From contig RHPI01000008.1 in assembly GCA_009103225.1 (NCBI GenBank), positions 486,015-550,014 of the forward strand: a stretch of 64,000 nt of DNA, read 5' to 3'. A program made the translations under genes and the position numbers. The notes under the pieces were generated by a model that saw only the letters and a list, made by a program, of their open reading frames with translations, searched no databases and was not told where the DNA came from. This document shows, piece after piece, positions 11,414 to 22,607 of this stretch. Position 1 is the stretch's first letter. Every line of letters begins with the position of its first letter. Source of the DNA: Chlorokybus atmophyticus (taxonomy: Eukaryota > Plantae > Mesostigma and Chlorokybus algae).

Positions 11414-14400
11414 GTTGTTCCCATATCATGTGATGTGATAGCAATCTGCAGACAACTAAACCACTTTGCTGGCCGCTTGACATCAGCAATCGCATGCAAT
11501 ACCAGCATGCAAGCAGGCAATCAGCAATGCATGTAGCTTTGTCTCTTGGATGTTGTTGAGTCTCTTTGCAGCTATTGAATGCCTTCAGGAGTGTAAGCCT
11601 CTCTGTTGTTGGCAAAATAACGTCAACTACTATGCATGAAGCTAGTGCCTCTTTGCAGCTACTTGTAGGCTTTCAGGAGTGTAGCTTCACCATTGTTGGC
11701 CAAGTAAAGCCAACCACAATTCATACAGCTAGGCCTACACTGTGATGATAATGAGCATGCACTCATGTGTGTGTTGGCAAAGTTCTGCCAACAGCTGCTT
11801 GTACAAGCAGATCAGAATTTGCACAAAACATTTATCTTTGTAACAAGGTCACAAGGCAGGGTACAAACTACTCCAAGGGTCAAGGCTGTATATACAGGGC
11901 AAATGCCTTTGTATCAGGGCACTATTCCAACCACTACACGCACATCACAACACGTTTTTTTTTTGCGGTGGGGGTACATCTCTTTTACTCCATGAGTTCT
12001 CCCTGGCTAGGTGTCTCCTGGCTGGCCATCACCGCCAAAGGACCAGAACACTTTCTGCAGCCGCGGTAGTCCTTGCATTTGTCACAGCCCCAAACATTCA
12101 GCGCGCCCTCAGTCTTACCAGCCTTGCGAACCTTGTTCACCCAGCTTTGCTTCAGCTTGTTGTCCTTGTTGGCCTCAACCCAATGATCTGGGCACCGGGC
12201 GTTGCTGCCATCCTTAGTCCCCGAGTAGGCTGTGAAGCAGAGATGATGTAAGCGGCGGAGACAGCCTTCACTGCGACACACCGTTGGGGTCGGATCGTCA
12301 AAACTGATTGGCATGTCGCAAAGCAGACTGGCGCAGTGCGGATGTGTGTCTGCCACTGGCACTTGCACTGGCTGTGGCGCTGGCTTCTCTGGCGTCGCCT
12401 GCGACACCGGCTCTGCATCTTTTTGGGTTGTTATCTCAACGTTGTGCGCAGGTTCTCTAGCTTTGTCGCTGGCTCCCTGATCATCTGTGATGAGCGAAAC
12501 CACCCGCGATGCCGAGTCTGGGTTGACATCCAGCTGAGTGAGCTTCCCTGCTAGCGGATCTGGAGTCGACTGCAATTCCGCTTCAAGCTTTAGGTAATTC
12601 GCACCGATAATATATACGCCCCTCACTTCGGTAAACTTGTCCACTGCGCACATGATCAAGTTAGCGAACATATGTGTGCTACAAACATACACAACACACT
12701 GCGCTTACTGCTTTGGATGTCAGCGCGGCGTTTATCACAGTAGTCCCTGATGTCCTTCAGCGTGTCTTCCTCGTCTTTTAAGATTGCAGCTGTGCCTGGT
12801 TGAGCAACCCAGCGCAGAAGAAACGCCATGTGCTTGACATCGCCGAAGTTCATGCTAGGAAAAAATTTTAGCAGGCGATCTTGCACGACCTCGTCCTTGC
12901 TCTTGATCCATGGCAGGGCAGCGGCTTTATCTTTAGCAGCAGCTGAGCGCAGTGAGCTATGCTTCTCTTGCTGCAACAAAAGGTGTTGCAGTAAAGTGAG
13001 TGATTTAAGTACCTCCAGATAGCATGACGCTGTTGGCAAAATTATACCAACACTCAGTGGCTTACGTAGTGCTTGAGTTCGCTGCAGTAGCCGTAGAAGC
13101 GGTCCTCGAGCTGGCACATGCTGGTGGAATCGTTGTCTACTGCAAAAATGCTATAGCCCAACTTGAGTGCATCGTCGCTCAGACCACCAGCTCCAGCACC
13201 GAGGTCGAGAACCCATATTTCGCTGTTGCTTTTTCTAGCGGGTAGAAAATTTCCGGCCAGGGTGCTGCACAGTCGTTGTTGCCAGCAGATAGGTGGATGA
13301 CCTTCAACACTGAAGAACTTGCTGAGCCACCAGCGCTTCACAGCTCCTGTGGCTGCCTTTATCATGCCTTCTGAAAAGTCAATCTCAGAGGGTGTTGCAG
13401 CAACGACAGCCAACAATTCATCTTCAGTTTCGCCCTCATTCATCTCGTTATCTTCCTCTGCTCCGTGTGAAGAAGACTTCAGCTCCTCCACGTTTGGCGA
13501 CTCTTCCTCGTATGGTCCCAGCTGGCAGAACTTAGGATGCGAGGGATCATGCCAGACAAAGTCATCCTGCTCGCGCAGCTTGAACCAGGTCTTGAGATTG
13601 GTGACCTTTAGAGAGTCGTCGACTTGCTTGTAAAGTGCAATGAGGACTGGCTCAGTCCGGTCTTGGCTCTTGTATAAGCCAGGGAACACTTGCAGCTCTG
13701 CGCAACATAACAGTTTTCAGTACTGTCGCTGTAATACCGAAAGGCAGTAACTGCACAGACACAACTTACTTGTAGCGGCGTGCGTATATGTAGTAAACTC
13801 GACGATATATGCATCGGAGTTTTGCAGGATTCCCTTGACCGCACTCACGTGATGCAAAGGTACAAAGGCTACAAGCGTCCACCACTTCAGTTCGCTGTTT
13901 TGGCGGCACAGTGCATCAGTTATTTCCTGGAAGTCTTCGATGGTGAAGGCCTTGTCGCGGTCATCGTTCTCTTGGAAAGGAACATCAAAGAAGACAAGCA
14001 ACAAGAGTACCCTTCCTTCCGACGGGAAGGAAGGGTACTCCTTGACTTGCAGCTCTCGAACAAATTTTTGCACAATTTGAAAGCGCGGTACGCATCTCTG
14101 TTTGACCGCATGGAACTCCTGGGGGCGATCGCCACTAGCGTGCACAGGAAAACGCCTGCGTAACAAGCATAGAGATATAGTATGGCTGCATTAAGCACCT
14201 GTTGGTAAAATTTGGACAACACAGCTCCATACTTACAAGGGCATAACCACGGCGCCGGGGACGTCGCCGACCTGATGGGGCTCTGGAAGCGGTATCTTGC
14301 CAAGCTGGCAGACTTTGTCCATGATGGCGAATGGGATATTCAGATGCTTGACTGAGTGCTTCGACTCTAAATCAGCTTTGACGCTTGTGAGCTGCTTGAA

Positions 14401-16822
14401 GATGAGGTTATGACCTCCCTTGAGAAGGACCTCAAACAGCTGGTTTCTGGCTGCATACAACTCTGGCGCCTGATCCGCTAAACGACTTTCACACCTGATG
14501 ACAGTGATGACTCTGTTGATACTGGTTACTGCTATACATACCTGCAATGAACAGACATAACTTTGCATGTGCTAGCTTACCCAGATGTTCCAAAGACCTC
14601 GCCTGGTATCACTTTACATGCCAAAAAAGACACAAAGCGTCCTTTGCGTTGCACATTTAGGTGGTAAGGCTTGAACTCACGATGCACGCTGACATCGATG
14701 GTGCCAGCTTCGATGTCATCCAACACCTTCATGATCTGCTCTCCTGATAGATGAGTGAACAGCTCCAAGGTGTGACGAGGCAATGGCTTGTTGATGTCAT
14801 CAACATCATCAAGGACTTGAAAAAAGCGTTCGTACTGCTCCTCAGTCAGTGGCAGTTTGACCGCCAGCCTGCATAGGTTGATGACGATGGCGAGAACAAC
14901 ACAACATTCTGCAGAGTCATAATGTACGCAAACAAAACTTACGCGATTTCAGTTCTATATTCTCTCGAAATCAGTTAGTTTCTGCCTTTCCACTTAATTT
15001 CATTGTCCATGAGCAAGGCCAGATCCAACAAGCAAGCCTTCCAGCCAGCTGAATACTTGTCTGAGCCTGGCCCAACTACTGGCTTGGCGGGTTTTCCGCG
15101 CGTGAAGTACTTGTCACGAAATGTGTCCACCTTGGTCAGAAATGTGGATGGCTTTTTGTGGTCATCTTGCTCGTTGTGCTGTCTAGCGTACAGATGGGCC
15201 TGCTCGTCGGTTAGCCCGGACACTACCTGTGCAGGGAACGAGATTCAGCTTGCTTTTTTTCGTTCAATTTTTGCAATGCAACAAGTGCTATAAGCTAGCA
15301 TACCTCACACCACTCAAACTGTAGCCAGTCATTATTTGGCTGCTCCTTGGCTAGCTTGGACGCGACGATGAACGAATGATTGCCGCCGAGCACCTCATAG
15401 GTGAAGTCTTTTGCGCGGTCGATGTGGTATTTATTGAAATACTCCTCCTTGACAGGCATCTCTCGTCCTTTGTCATTTCTGTAAGCCAGCAGAAGCCATG
15501 GCTTGTGCCCTTTATTGTAGCCGCTCCTCATAGCCTGTTCCAGATAGACCAGCCTGGATTTTTCAATTTTGCGCGCTTGATGTGCCCCCTCTGCTGGACG
15601 CATTCTTGACAGGCTGATTTTGTACGTATGTGTATCGACATTGGAGAACAGGTGCGGCAGTATAATGGGTGGCAGAGCATCGCCTGCACAGTCGGTAAAG
15701 TTTTGTCAACTTGTACATGCAGTGAGGCATTGTGTTCTGAAGACACTGCGTACCTGCTGCACCCTCCGTGTCTGCAGGGATGACCAGTTTAGTCTTTGGT
15801 GCTTTGCCCTTGCCTCTTTTGTTTGGCGACGGCAGCTGAGAGGGATCAGCACTCAAGTTGAGCGTCTTTGCTGTCATTGCTGCAGCAATTGATAAATCGT
15901 CAGGATGTTTTGGAGCGGGGTTTGGTGGGAAGTACAGCACATAGTGAACGTACCTTGCAGAGACTCATACAGATTGACAAGCGATGGTGGATTATTAGCC
16001 TTGATGACGTCCTTGATCATCATGTCGGAAAGATCCTTGCCGTTCTCTAGACTGACCAGCTTTTTCCCGGTGGGTGTCCAATGGGCTTTATTTACCGGCA
16101 AATCAAACAGGAAGGTCTTGCGATCGGTAAGAAACTCGTCATCTGGGTCTGGCACGCTCGATGGGATGACAAGCACTCGGACTTCCTTTGGTGAGAAAGA
16201 CCATGCATATATGAGACGATACTCGGACTGGTGATCGTTCTGCAACAAACAAGGAATTGATCAACTATCTTTGAGAATAGTAAACAACCAGCGTTAACAG
16301 ACGACATGACTGACCTCTTTTGTGACTGTCAGATAGTAACGCACAGTCTTCTGCTTATCTTTGATCTCAGTTTTTTCTTTTGCAGCCTCCCACTTGGCGA
16401 GATTGTGTATTTTTTAAGCAGCTCCTTTGAACAGCTCGCGTAGATCTTCAAGCTCTTCGAACTTCTTCCAGAAGGAGCCATGCCTGACATGGATCGTGTT
16501 CCCTGCAGTTACATGTATTGTTACTAAAAGTTCTGCTACAACTATAGCAGGAAGTCCGTCAACAAAGTTACAGTGGTAGTCTCCTTTGTCCAGAGCTTTG
16601 TCTTCGTCGTTAAGCTCGTCATATTGATCTGACTCATCGCCAGAGTCAAGATCGGGATTGCTCTGTTTGTCGTCCGTCTCAGGTACACTGTCATCGTCGT
16701 TATCGTTATCGGAGACTTCTCTTTGAGGGGCTCGCAACTTATCTTTGAGGGGATCACTGCATTAGCAAGAAGTATAGAACAATTGTTTCAGTAAGTAATT
16801 TTGGCAGCAAAGCCTGAGACCA

Positions 16823-16990
16823 GTTGGCAAAATTTGGCCAACACGCAAGAGCAGGCAGACTAACAGCCCTGCTAGCTGCTCTTGCTCGTTGGCAAAATTT
16901 GGCCAACATGCAAGAGCAGGAAAACCAACAGCTATATGCTGGTTGCTTTTGCTTGTTGGCAAAATTTGGCCAACACGCAAGAGCAGGCAG
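16823..16990. repeat. Three tandem 65-67-bp units in intron 2 of the cargo gene
   Basis: Core gttggcaaaatttggccaacaYgcaagagcagg at 16823, 16888 and 16955; the intervening sequences resemble each other. Confidence 0.9.
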
Positions 16991-17374
16991 ATCAACAGCC
17001 CTGATGGCGGCTCCATTAGAGAACAGCGAGCCCCTCTCGATATAAGAATATTCTGTACACAGCGCTGGCCTTGATACGGTAGATTCTTTTAACAAGTTTG
17101 TAGACCAGCGGTAGCCCAGCAGCAATGCAGCCAGCAGCAATGCAACTGATCAGCATACTTACAAAAAGCCAGCCCGCTTCTTCTTTGCCTCCTTGGCACG
17201 GCTGCTGCTGGCCTCCGCTTTGCGTTTGATGCCGCTCGCCCTTGTGTTTCTGCAGAGCCACAAAATGTTAGTGATTGTCTACTTCAGCTGCAACAACCAT
17301 TAACAACGCGAAAGCATAGTGCAATGCATGAAGACCCCAACACTAACTCGTGCACACAGTCAACTGTTGCACAC

Positions 17375-17805
17375 ATGTTGCGGAATTGCCAGCAGCACCG
17401 CGTGTCCATGCTGTGATGTTGGCAATTCGGCTGCACCACATGCACCAGCAGCTGTATGCAGCTCTGTCTAGCAAAACATATGCGTGCTGCGTGCTTGCGA
17501 CAACATGTACAAAGCATACACCAATCTGAATTTGTCAAGTTGTCAAGCAGCAGCGAACAGGCATGTTGTTAGCAGCAACATGCATGTCCGTGCTGCTGGC
17601 AACTCTGCTGCAATTAATACAACAAGTTGTGAGCAGCAGTGAACAGCAGAAGGGTTCAATTACAAACCAATTACAAACCCAGGCATTGCTACTTGACAAC
17701 TCTGCTGCATTGAACAAGTTGTCAAGCAGCAACGGACATGCATGTTGCCGCAGAATTGCCAGCAGCACGGACATGCATGTTTGTGCTGCTGGCAACTCTG
17801 CTAGA
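17375..17805. repeat. Fold-back repeat cluster in intron 1 of the cargo gene
   Basis: Module gcagaattgccagcagcac(gg)acatgcatgt occurs in both orientations; 19-bp-stem hairpin with one mismatch at 17750-17801. Confidence 0.75.
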
Positions 17806-18099
17806 AGACGTTAGTAGTAGCTGATGCTTTGGAACAGTTGTGCATAGCAACTTCTGCTGTCTAAAGCTGCAACAGCTAACAACCAAGCTGCTACGCAACA
17901 AAGCTAAAAAGCTTAACAACTCACCTTATTGTCGTCGTTTCCTCGGTGGCTTGACTGGCCTCCTTCTGGCTGTCCTTCGCAGCTTTTCGCTTGGGTCGCC
18001 CCATCATTGCTCACCGCCCGCACCTCGCCCCCGTCGCCCACGCCGCCGTCGCCGTCGCCCACGCCGCCGTCGCCGCCGCTGTCACCGACCACAGCACCG

Positions 18100-18640
18100 T
18101 ATTTCTGATGCAATGAAGAGTCTATTTCTCATTTCATGTTATATTAACATCATTTGCACAAGCTGCATGTGACATACCAGGGTGCTACGTAATGACCTTC
18201 GCCAAATACCCCCAAACTTTTGTTCGTAATAACAATTGCATCGGTTGATTATTCTGCATGAGTTTTTTTGCAACGTGCTCCAGCTGCAATAAAGACTTTA
18301 TGTGCCAAGTGTTATGTTAATTGGAACTCATGTGCAAGAGTTTTATATCCTACCCTACGGGTGTTACGCGCAAGCCAAAATTGGGTGCCTACTTGTGTGG
18401 TGCCCAAGTTGCGTGAGGCAGGCATGCAAAGTTGCAAACGTGTGCTGTGAGCTGAGCAATGCATGTGTACTAGTGCGTGTTGCTGCCAGAGGTGTTGAGC
18501 CTTGGGTTGATGGTGTGGGAGGGGTAGCTTGGCATACACGGTGTGCAACAGCGAGTTGGGGAGTGGGGAGGAACCCTAAGCATGCTACCAGCAGCTTCGG
18601 AGCTAGCTGAGCTTCTGCTTGCATGCTAGCTTACTCTGCG
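18100..18640. promoter_or_regulatory. Probable bidirectional promoter of the transposon
   Basis: Lies between the divergent cargo and transposase genes. GC-rich ggcggc/ggcgac leader-like tracts point outward on both sides (18020-18090 on -, 18645-18700 on +). Confidence 0.4.
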
Positions 18641-19811
18641 ACTACGGCGACGGCGGGCGTGGCGGCGGGGGCGGCGGCGAGGGCGGCGGGTCAGCTGGGT
18701 CGTCTTTGCCAGGCTAGAGTAGTGCGTTTCTCCTTTGCTTAGTCACAATGTAGGCGGTGGCGCCACAATGCTGGCTGCTGGCTAGGCGGTTGAGAGAGCT
18801 GGCGCTGGGCTGGTGAGAACTGCATGGATCAGGTGCGTTTTATGCTGCATGAAGGCAGGTCCAGCTGTGTGTGAGAGCTGGTGAGCAACGTGAATGCTAG
18901 CATCCACATACGAACCATATGTCAAGATGTTCAGCTGCTGTACACGTCCGCTGCTTGTGCAGTCATATTATGCTGCTGCGCTTAGGCAGGTCCAGGCAGG
19001 TCCGCTGTTTGTTTGTTGCCAATTGAAAGCAAGGTAGGTGTGAGGTAGGCATGTGTTTTTGCTATGTGTGTGTAGGCTTTGTTGAACGCAATTGCAAGTG
19101 GTGCCGCTACATGCAGTGCTGTAGTGACGCATTGCTGTGTGCGCAGTTGTTGCGTCTACATTTGTGATTTCGAAGGGTGCGACAACAAGCAGCGGAGTAT
19201 GCTATCGTTCAACAACGGCCGCATGGCGGCTGGCTATGGTGCATAGTCAAAGCCAGAGGTATGGCACCACCAGTCTCTTGCACTGTGCATTGCATGCTGT
19301 CTGTGTCCATATATGCGCTAGAAGGTTTCAAAGTTGGCAAAATGGGTCATAACGCATGCTGCAAACAAGGGTTGTGCCATATGTTCTGTGCACGTCAGCG
19401 TCATCAAAGTTGGCAAAATTTACCAACTAGCGTTTTGGCCTACTGGCAAATGTACTAACTTCGCGGACTTGAGCTTAAGGCTTTGATAGAGCGTGCCGCA
19501 AGATGGTGACCCCGTCTTGTTTGGAGTCGATAGCATGGCATAGCCTTTGTTGTTGTTGGATAAACTTTGCCAACAACTGCGATGATACCTGCATCAGCGC
19601 ACAATACAACATCTCCTCTTGCCCGCACTGCCCGTGTTGTTGGATGAATCTAGCCTCAAGTTAGGTCAGCTATTTTGGCGGTCAAACCAGCACAGCCTGT
19701 GTTGTTGGTAAAGTTTTGCCATCTCCTGGCAGGTCCGCGAATAATGGGTCCCAGTCTCAACGCGGACAACAAAGAGCAAAGGAATACCGGGTCAAGCAGT
19801 CAGTTGCCGCC

Positions 19812-22607
19812 ATGCAGGAGGTACTAGAACAGACCTGTCAAGGAGATGACACCATCAAAGCAGACATTCTGAGATCCCTGCTGAAAGCACCCAAGAATGC
19901 AGCAGCCGTCGCTCAAGATAGCTATTTGGAAGTCGTCAAAAGAGCTCCTGCCTACAGAACGATATCCAACATGTTCAAGTCGGCATACAACAGCATCAAC
20001 AGCTCCCGCTCCAATGCGCATAGAACGGCAAGGAATGTTCTGATGAAAGCGGCAAGATCAGCAATTGGCGACAACAGGTCGGTGCGAATTTCGGAGGTTG
20101 CTTCAGTGCTCAAGATACGTCGTCAAAGGTTTTATCAAGAAGTAACGTACCTGCACGACTGGAGCACTCGAGGGCGTCGTGCACGCAAAGACAAGGTGAC
20201 ACCGCAGATATGTCAACAGATCGAGGACTTTTGGATCCTCAACACCAGAGAGTCTGCATGCAAGCGTGATAAGATGTTGTTGCGTATGTCCACTGGTAAA
20301 CGATTAGCTAGCGAGTATGTCACCAAGCATTCTTTAGAAGGCACGACACAAACGGCACTGTACTTGAAGTTCCGAGCTGAGAACCCACTTATCGACGTGC
20401 ATCAACGAGTTTTTAAGAAGGTCAAGCCATACTATGTAGGAGGACGCGACGTTCGGCATGTGTGCGTATGTTCGCAGCATACTGAGATGAAAGAGCTTGT
20501 GATGGCTTTGTCTCAGTTCCGGCAGAGAAAGCACGCGCATTGTAAATGCCCATGCGATGCGTGTCAGGTATGAATGTTACGGTAAGAGCTTGTGTAAATC
20601 AAAGCTATGCATCTGGTAACAGCCGTGCATGTAGGTCAAAAAAGACTGCACTTGCCGACACCGCTGCAGATGTCAACTTTACACCAAGTGCCGTTTGCTG
20701 GACTCACCACTGTCGGGTTCATCGGTCACCGGCCTGCTTGACTGTACTTCTTGCACTAAGGAAACGGACAGCACTTACTACAACCACCTCTGCATCACTG
20801 GAGACTGCCCTCACTGCGGATGGATTAAGTTCCCGACATGTCCATTAGAGCGATCAGAAAAGCATCAGTTGCTACAGCCTAGGCTCTACGTAAAGCGCAT
20901 GCAGCCAGGCAAAGCGGAGAACGGTGAAGCCACCGAGTACGCAAGAGTAGACTTTCTCAAGCAGCCCATGACCTTTGTTGACTTTATCAGCCGCCTGCAG
21001 AAGCAGCTGAAGGACTTCAAGCTCCATTCGTTCTTGTCGCAGTGGCAAGCGGAGCAGCAAAGGCAGTGCTTACAGACCTTCTGTCAAGGCACGATCGTCA
21101 GCATCAGTGATTTCTCCGAAAATTACGCTTTGAAGCCAAACAACGAGCTCATGCAGCAGCATTTTGCAAACCGCTCCGTGGTGATCTTGGTGCAACTCAT
21201 CTACCGTCACGCTGAAGAGCATGTAGATGGTGAGACATCGACAGACGACCAGCCGATGCGCGTCAAAGAGGTACGCTCATAAGCCTGCTTGTTGGCATGG
21301 TTTTACCAACAGATCAACACGATCATCAGCGGCTTACCGGGTTTTACATTGCAGGTTCATTTTTGGATATCGGATGATCTTCAAAAAGACTCCTTCTTTG
21401 TTCACCATTGCTTGAAACGGCTTCTCAGAGACTACAGAGAGAGAGGGATAGACATGCAAAAGGTCATCAGCTGGAGTGACAACTGTGCAGTCCAGTATAA
21501 GTGTGCCAACCATTTTGCGCAAGTTGCTCAATACAGCGCTCCGGCAGCTTATATGACATCCATACATACAGAAGCAAACGAGTTGAACACCGTTCATATG
21601 GAATGGCATTATCCTTGCCCGCAACATGGCAAGGGTGAACATGGCGGTCAAGGAGGGACACTGAAACGGCACCTGGATAGGGCCAGCGAGCAAAGTGCTG
21701 AAATAGTGGATGCTGCAACTATAATTCAGTACGCGCAACAGGTGCTTAGCCGAGGAGCCGAGTCATCATACGCAGCCCGTGAAGAGCAAGACAAAGCTCA
21801 GAAGCGGTTTGTGCATCTTGTTGAGCTCCATGAAGTAGATCATGACAAGACAGGGCGCTCCTATCGCTCAGTACCAGGCACTCAACAATTTCAATGCATA
21901 AAAGGAACCGGAGAAGTTGAACGATTTATCTCGCGAAGGTTTTCATGCTTCTGCAGCAGCTGCCTAGACGAAGATTACAGCCATTGCCTGAACAAGTCTC
22001 ACGTTCCTAGATGGCTACGACAAAAGCTGATTGCAAGCGAGGAAGACGGAGAAGAGATTGAGCAAGATGTGAGTGCTAGGCTTATGCGTTGGGTTGAGCA
22101 TTGTTATCTAACTTGTGCTATGTGCAGTTGCTATACTTAAACCAGGAGGCGCTGGCGCTTTCCTTGAGCGTCGGAGACACATTTGTGGTGGCTGCGGATA
22201 AGAGCTCCGATGAATATGAGGCCTCTGCACCTTATTGGGTTTTGCAATTGACTAAACAAGTCGCCACGAGTAAATCCACGGCTATGCGGCCCGACGCTTA
22301 TGGAGTCATCATACCTGCAGACACACTATACGTCACAGGAGTCTACTTCCGCAGAGTTGATGACTCGATTGTGACAGCGGCAGAATATCCCAGGAGGTAC
22401 CTATGTTTCCTACCGCCTCAGCCACAAAAGCCTGCCAGATTATCGGTTAGCCTGTTGAGGTGCGTAGCACGTTTTCCGATGGAACGAGAGAGCCGAAAGC
22501 AGAAGCAAGAGAGATTCAACTCGTCCAGAATGACATGGAAAAAGATCAAGGAGTCTGTCTTTGTAATTCCCGACAAGTATCATGAGATGATTTTAGATGT
22601 GCTGTAA
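19812..22607 (+). CDS. Sola2-type DDD transposase, about 861 aa, third catalytic Asp apparently mutated to Gly
   Basis: Exons 19812-20567, 20635-21270, 21355-22068, 22128-22607 join in frame. Motifs: CVCSQH, Cys-rich cluster, SDFSENY, SDDLQKD, WSDNCAVQYK, HGKGEHGGQGGTLKR, RRFSCFCSSC. Two extra 5' exons (18824-18832, 19176-19258, joining at about 19732) are possible. Confidence 0.85.

Larger units (their letters stand above)
11985..18007 (-). pseudogene. Transposon cargo gene: NLS/acidic N-terminus, ParB-like domain, beta-class amino-DNA-methyltransferase-like domain, PHD-like finger; two in-frame TAA
   Basis: 14 phase-consistent exons: 18007-17925, 17249-17163, 16756-16572, 16502-16315, 16239-15954, 15879-15754, 15683-15304, 15226-14943, 14868-14581, 14494-14237, 14155-13770, 13697-13066, 12970-12709, 12643-11985 (4104 nt). 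Motifs: QARKIEKSRL..YEVLGGNH..LTDEQAHLYARQHN; LLVFFDVPF; WVLDLGAGAGG..LGYSIFAVDND; CASLLC..CRSEGC..HHLC..CPDH. TAA at 16414-16416 and 14975-14977. Confidence 0.75.

Noticed and set aside
14975-16416. Alternative genetic code (TAA/TAG = Gln, as in some ulvophytes) to explain the in-frame TAAs
   Set aside because: Conserved host genes end at TAA/TAG at the expected positions (NDUFA5, PLA1, FKBP13, MRT4), and neither they nor the transposase contain internal TAR codons.
16823-16990. CRISPR-like look: 33-bp palindromic repeats separated by 32-34-bp spacers
   Set aside because: The spacers resemble each other, there are only three units, they lie in a spliceosomal intron of a eukaryotic transposon gene, and there are no cas genes. 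This is a tandem repeat.
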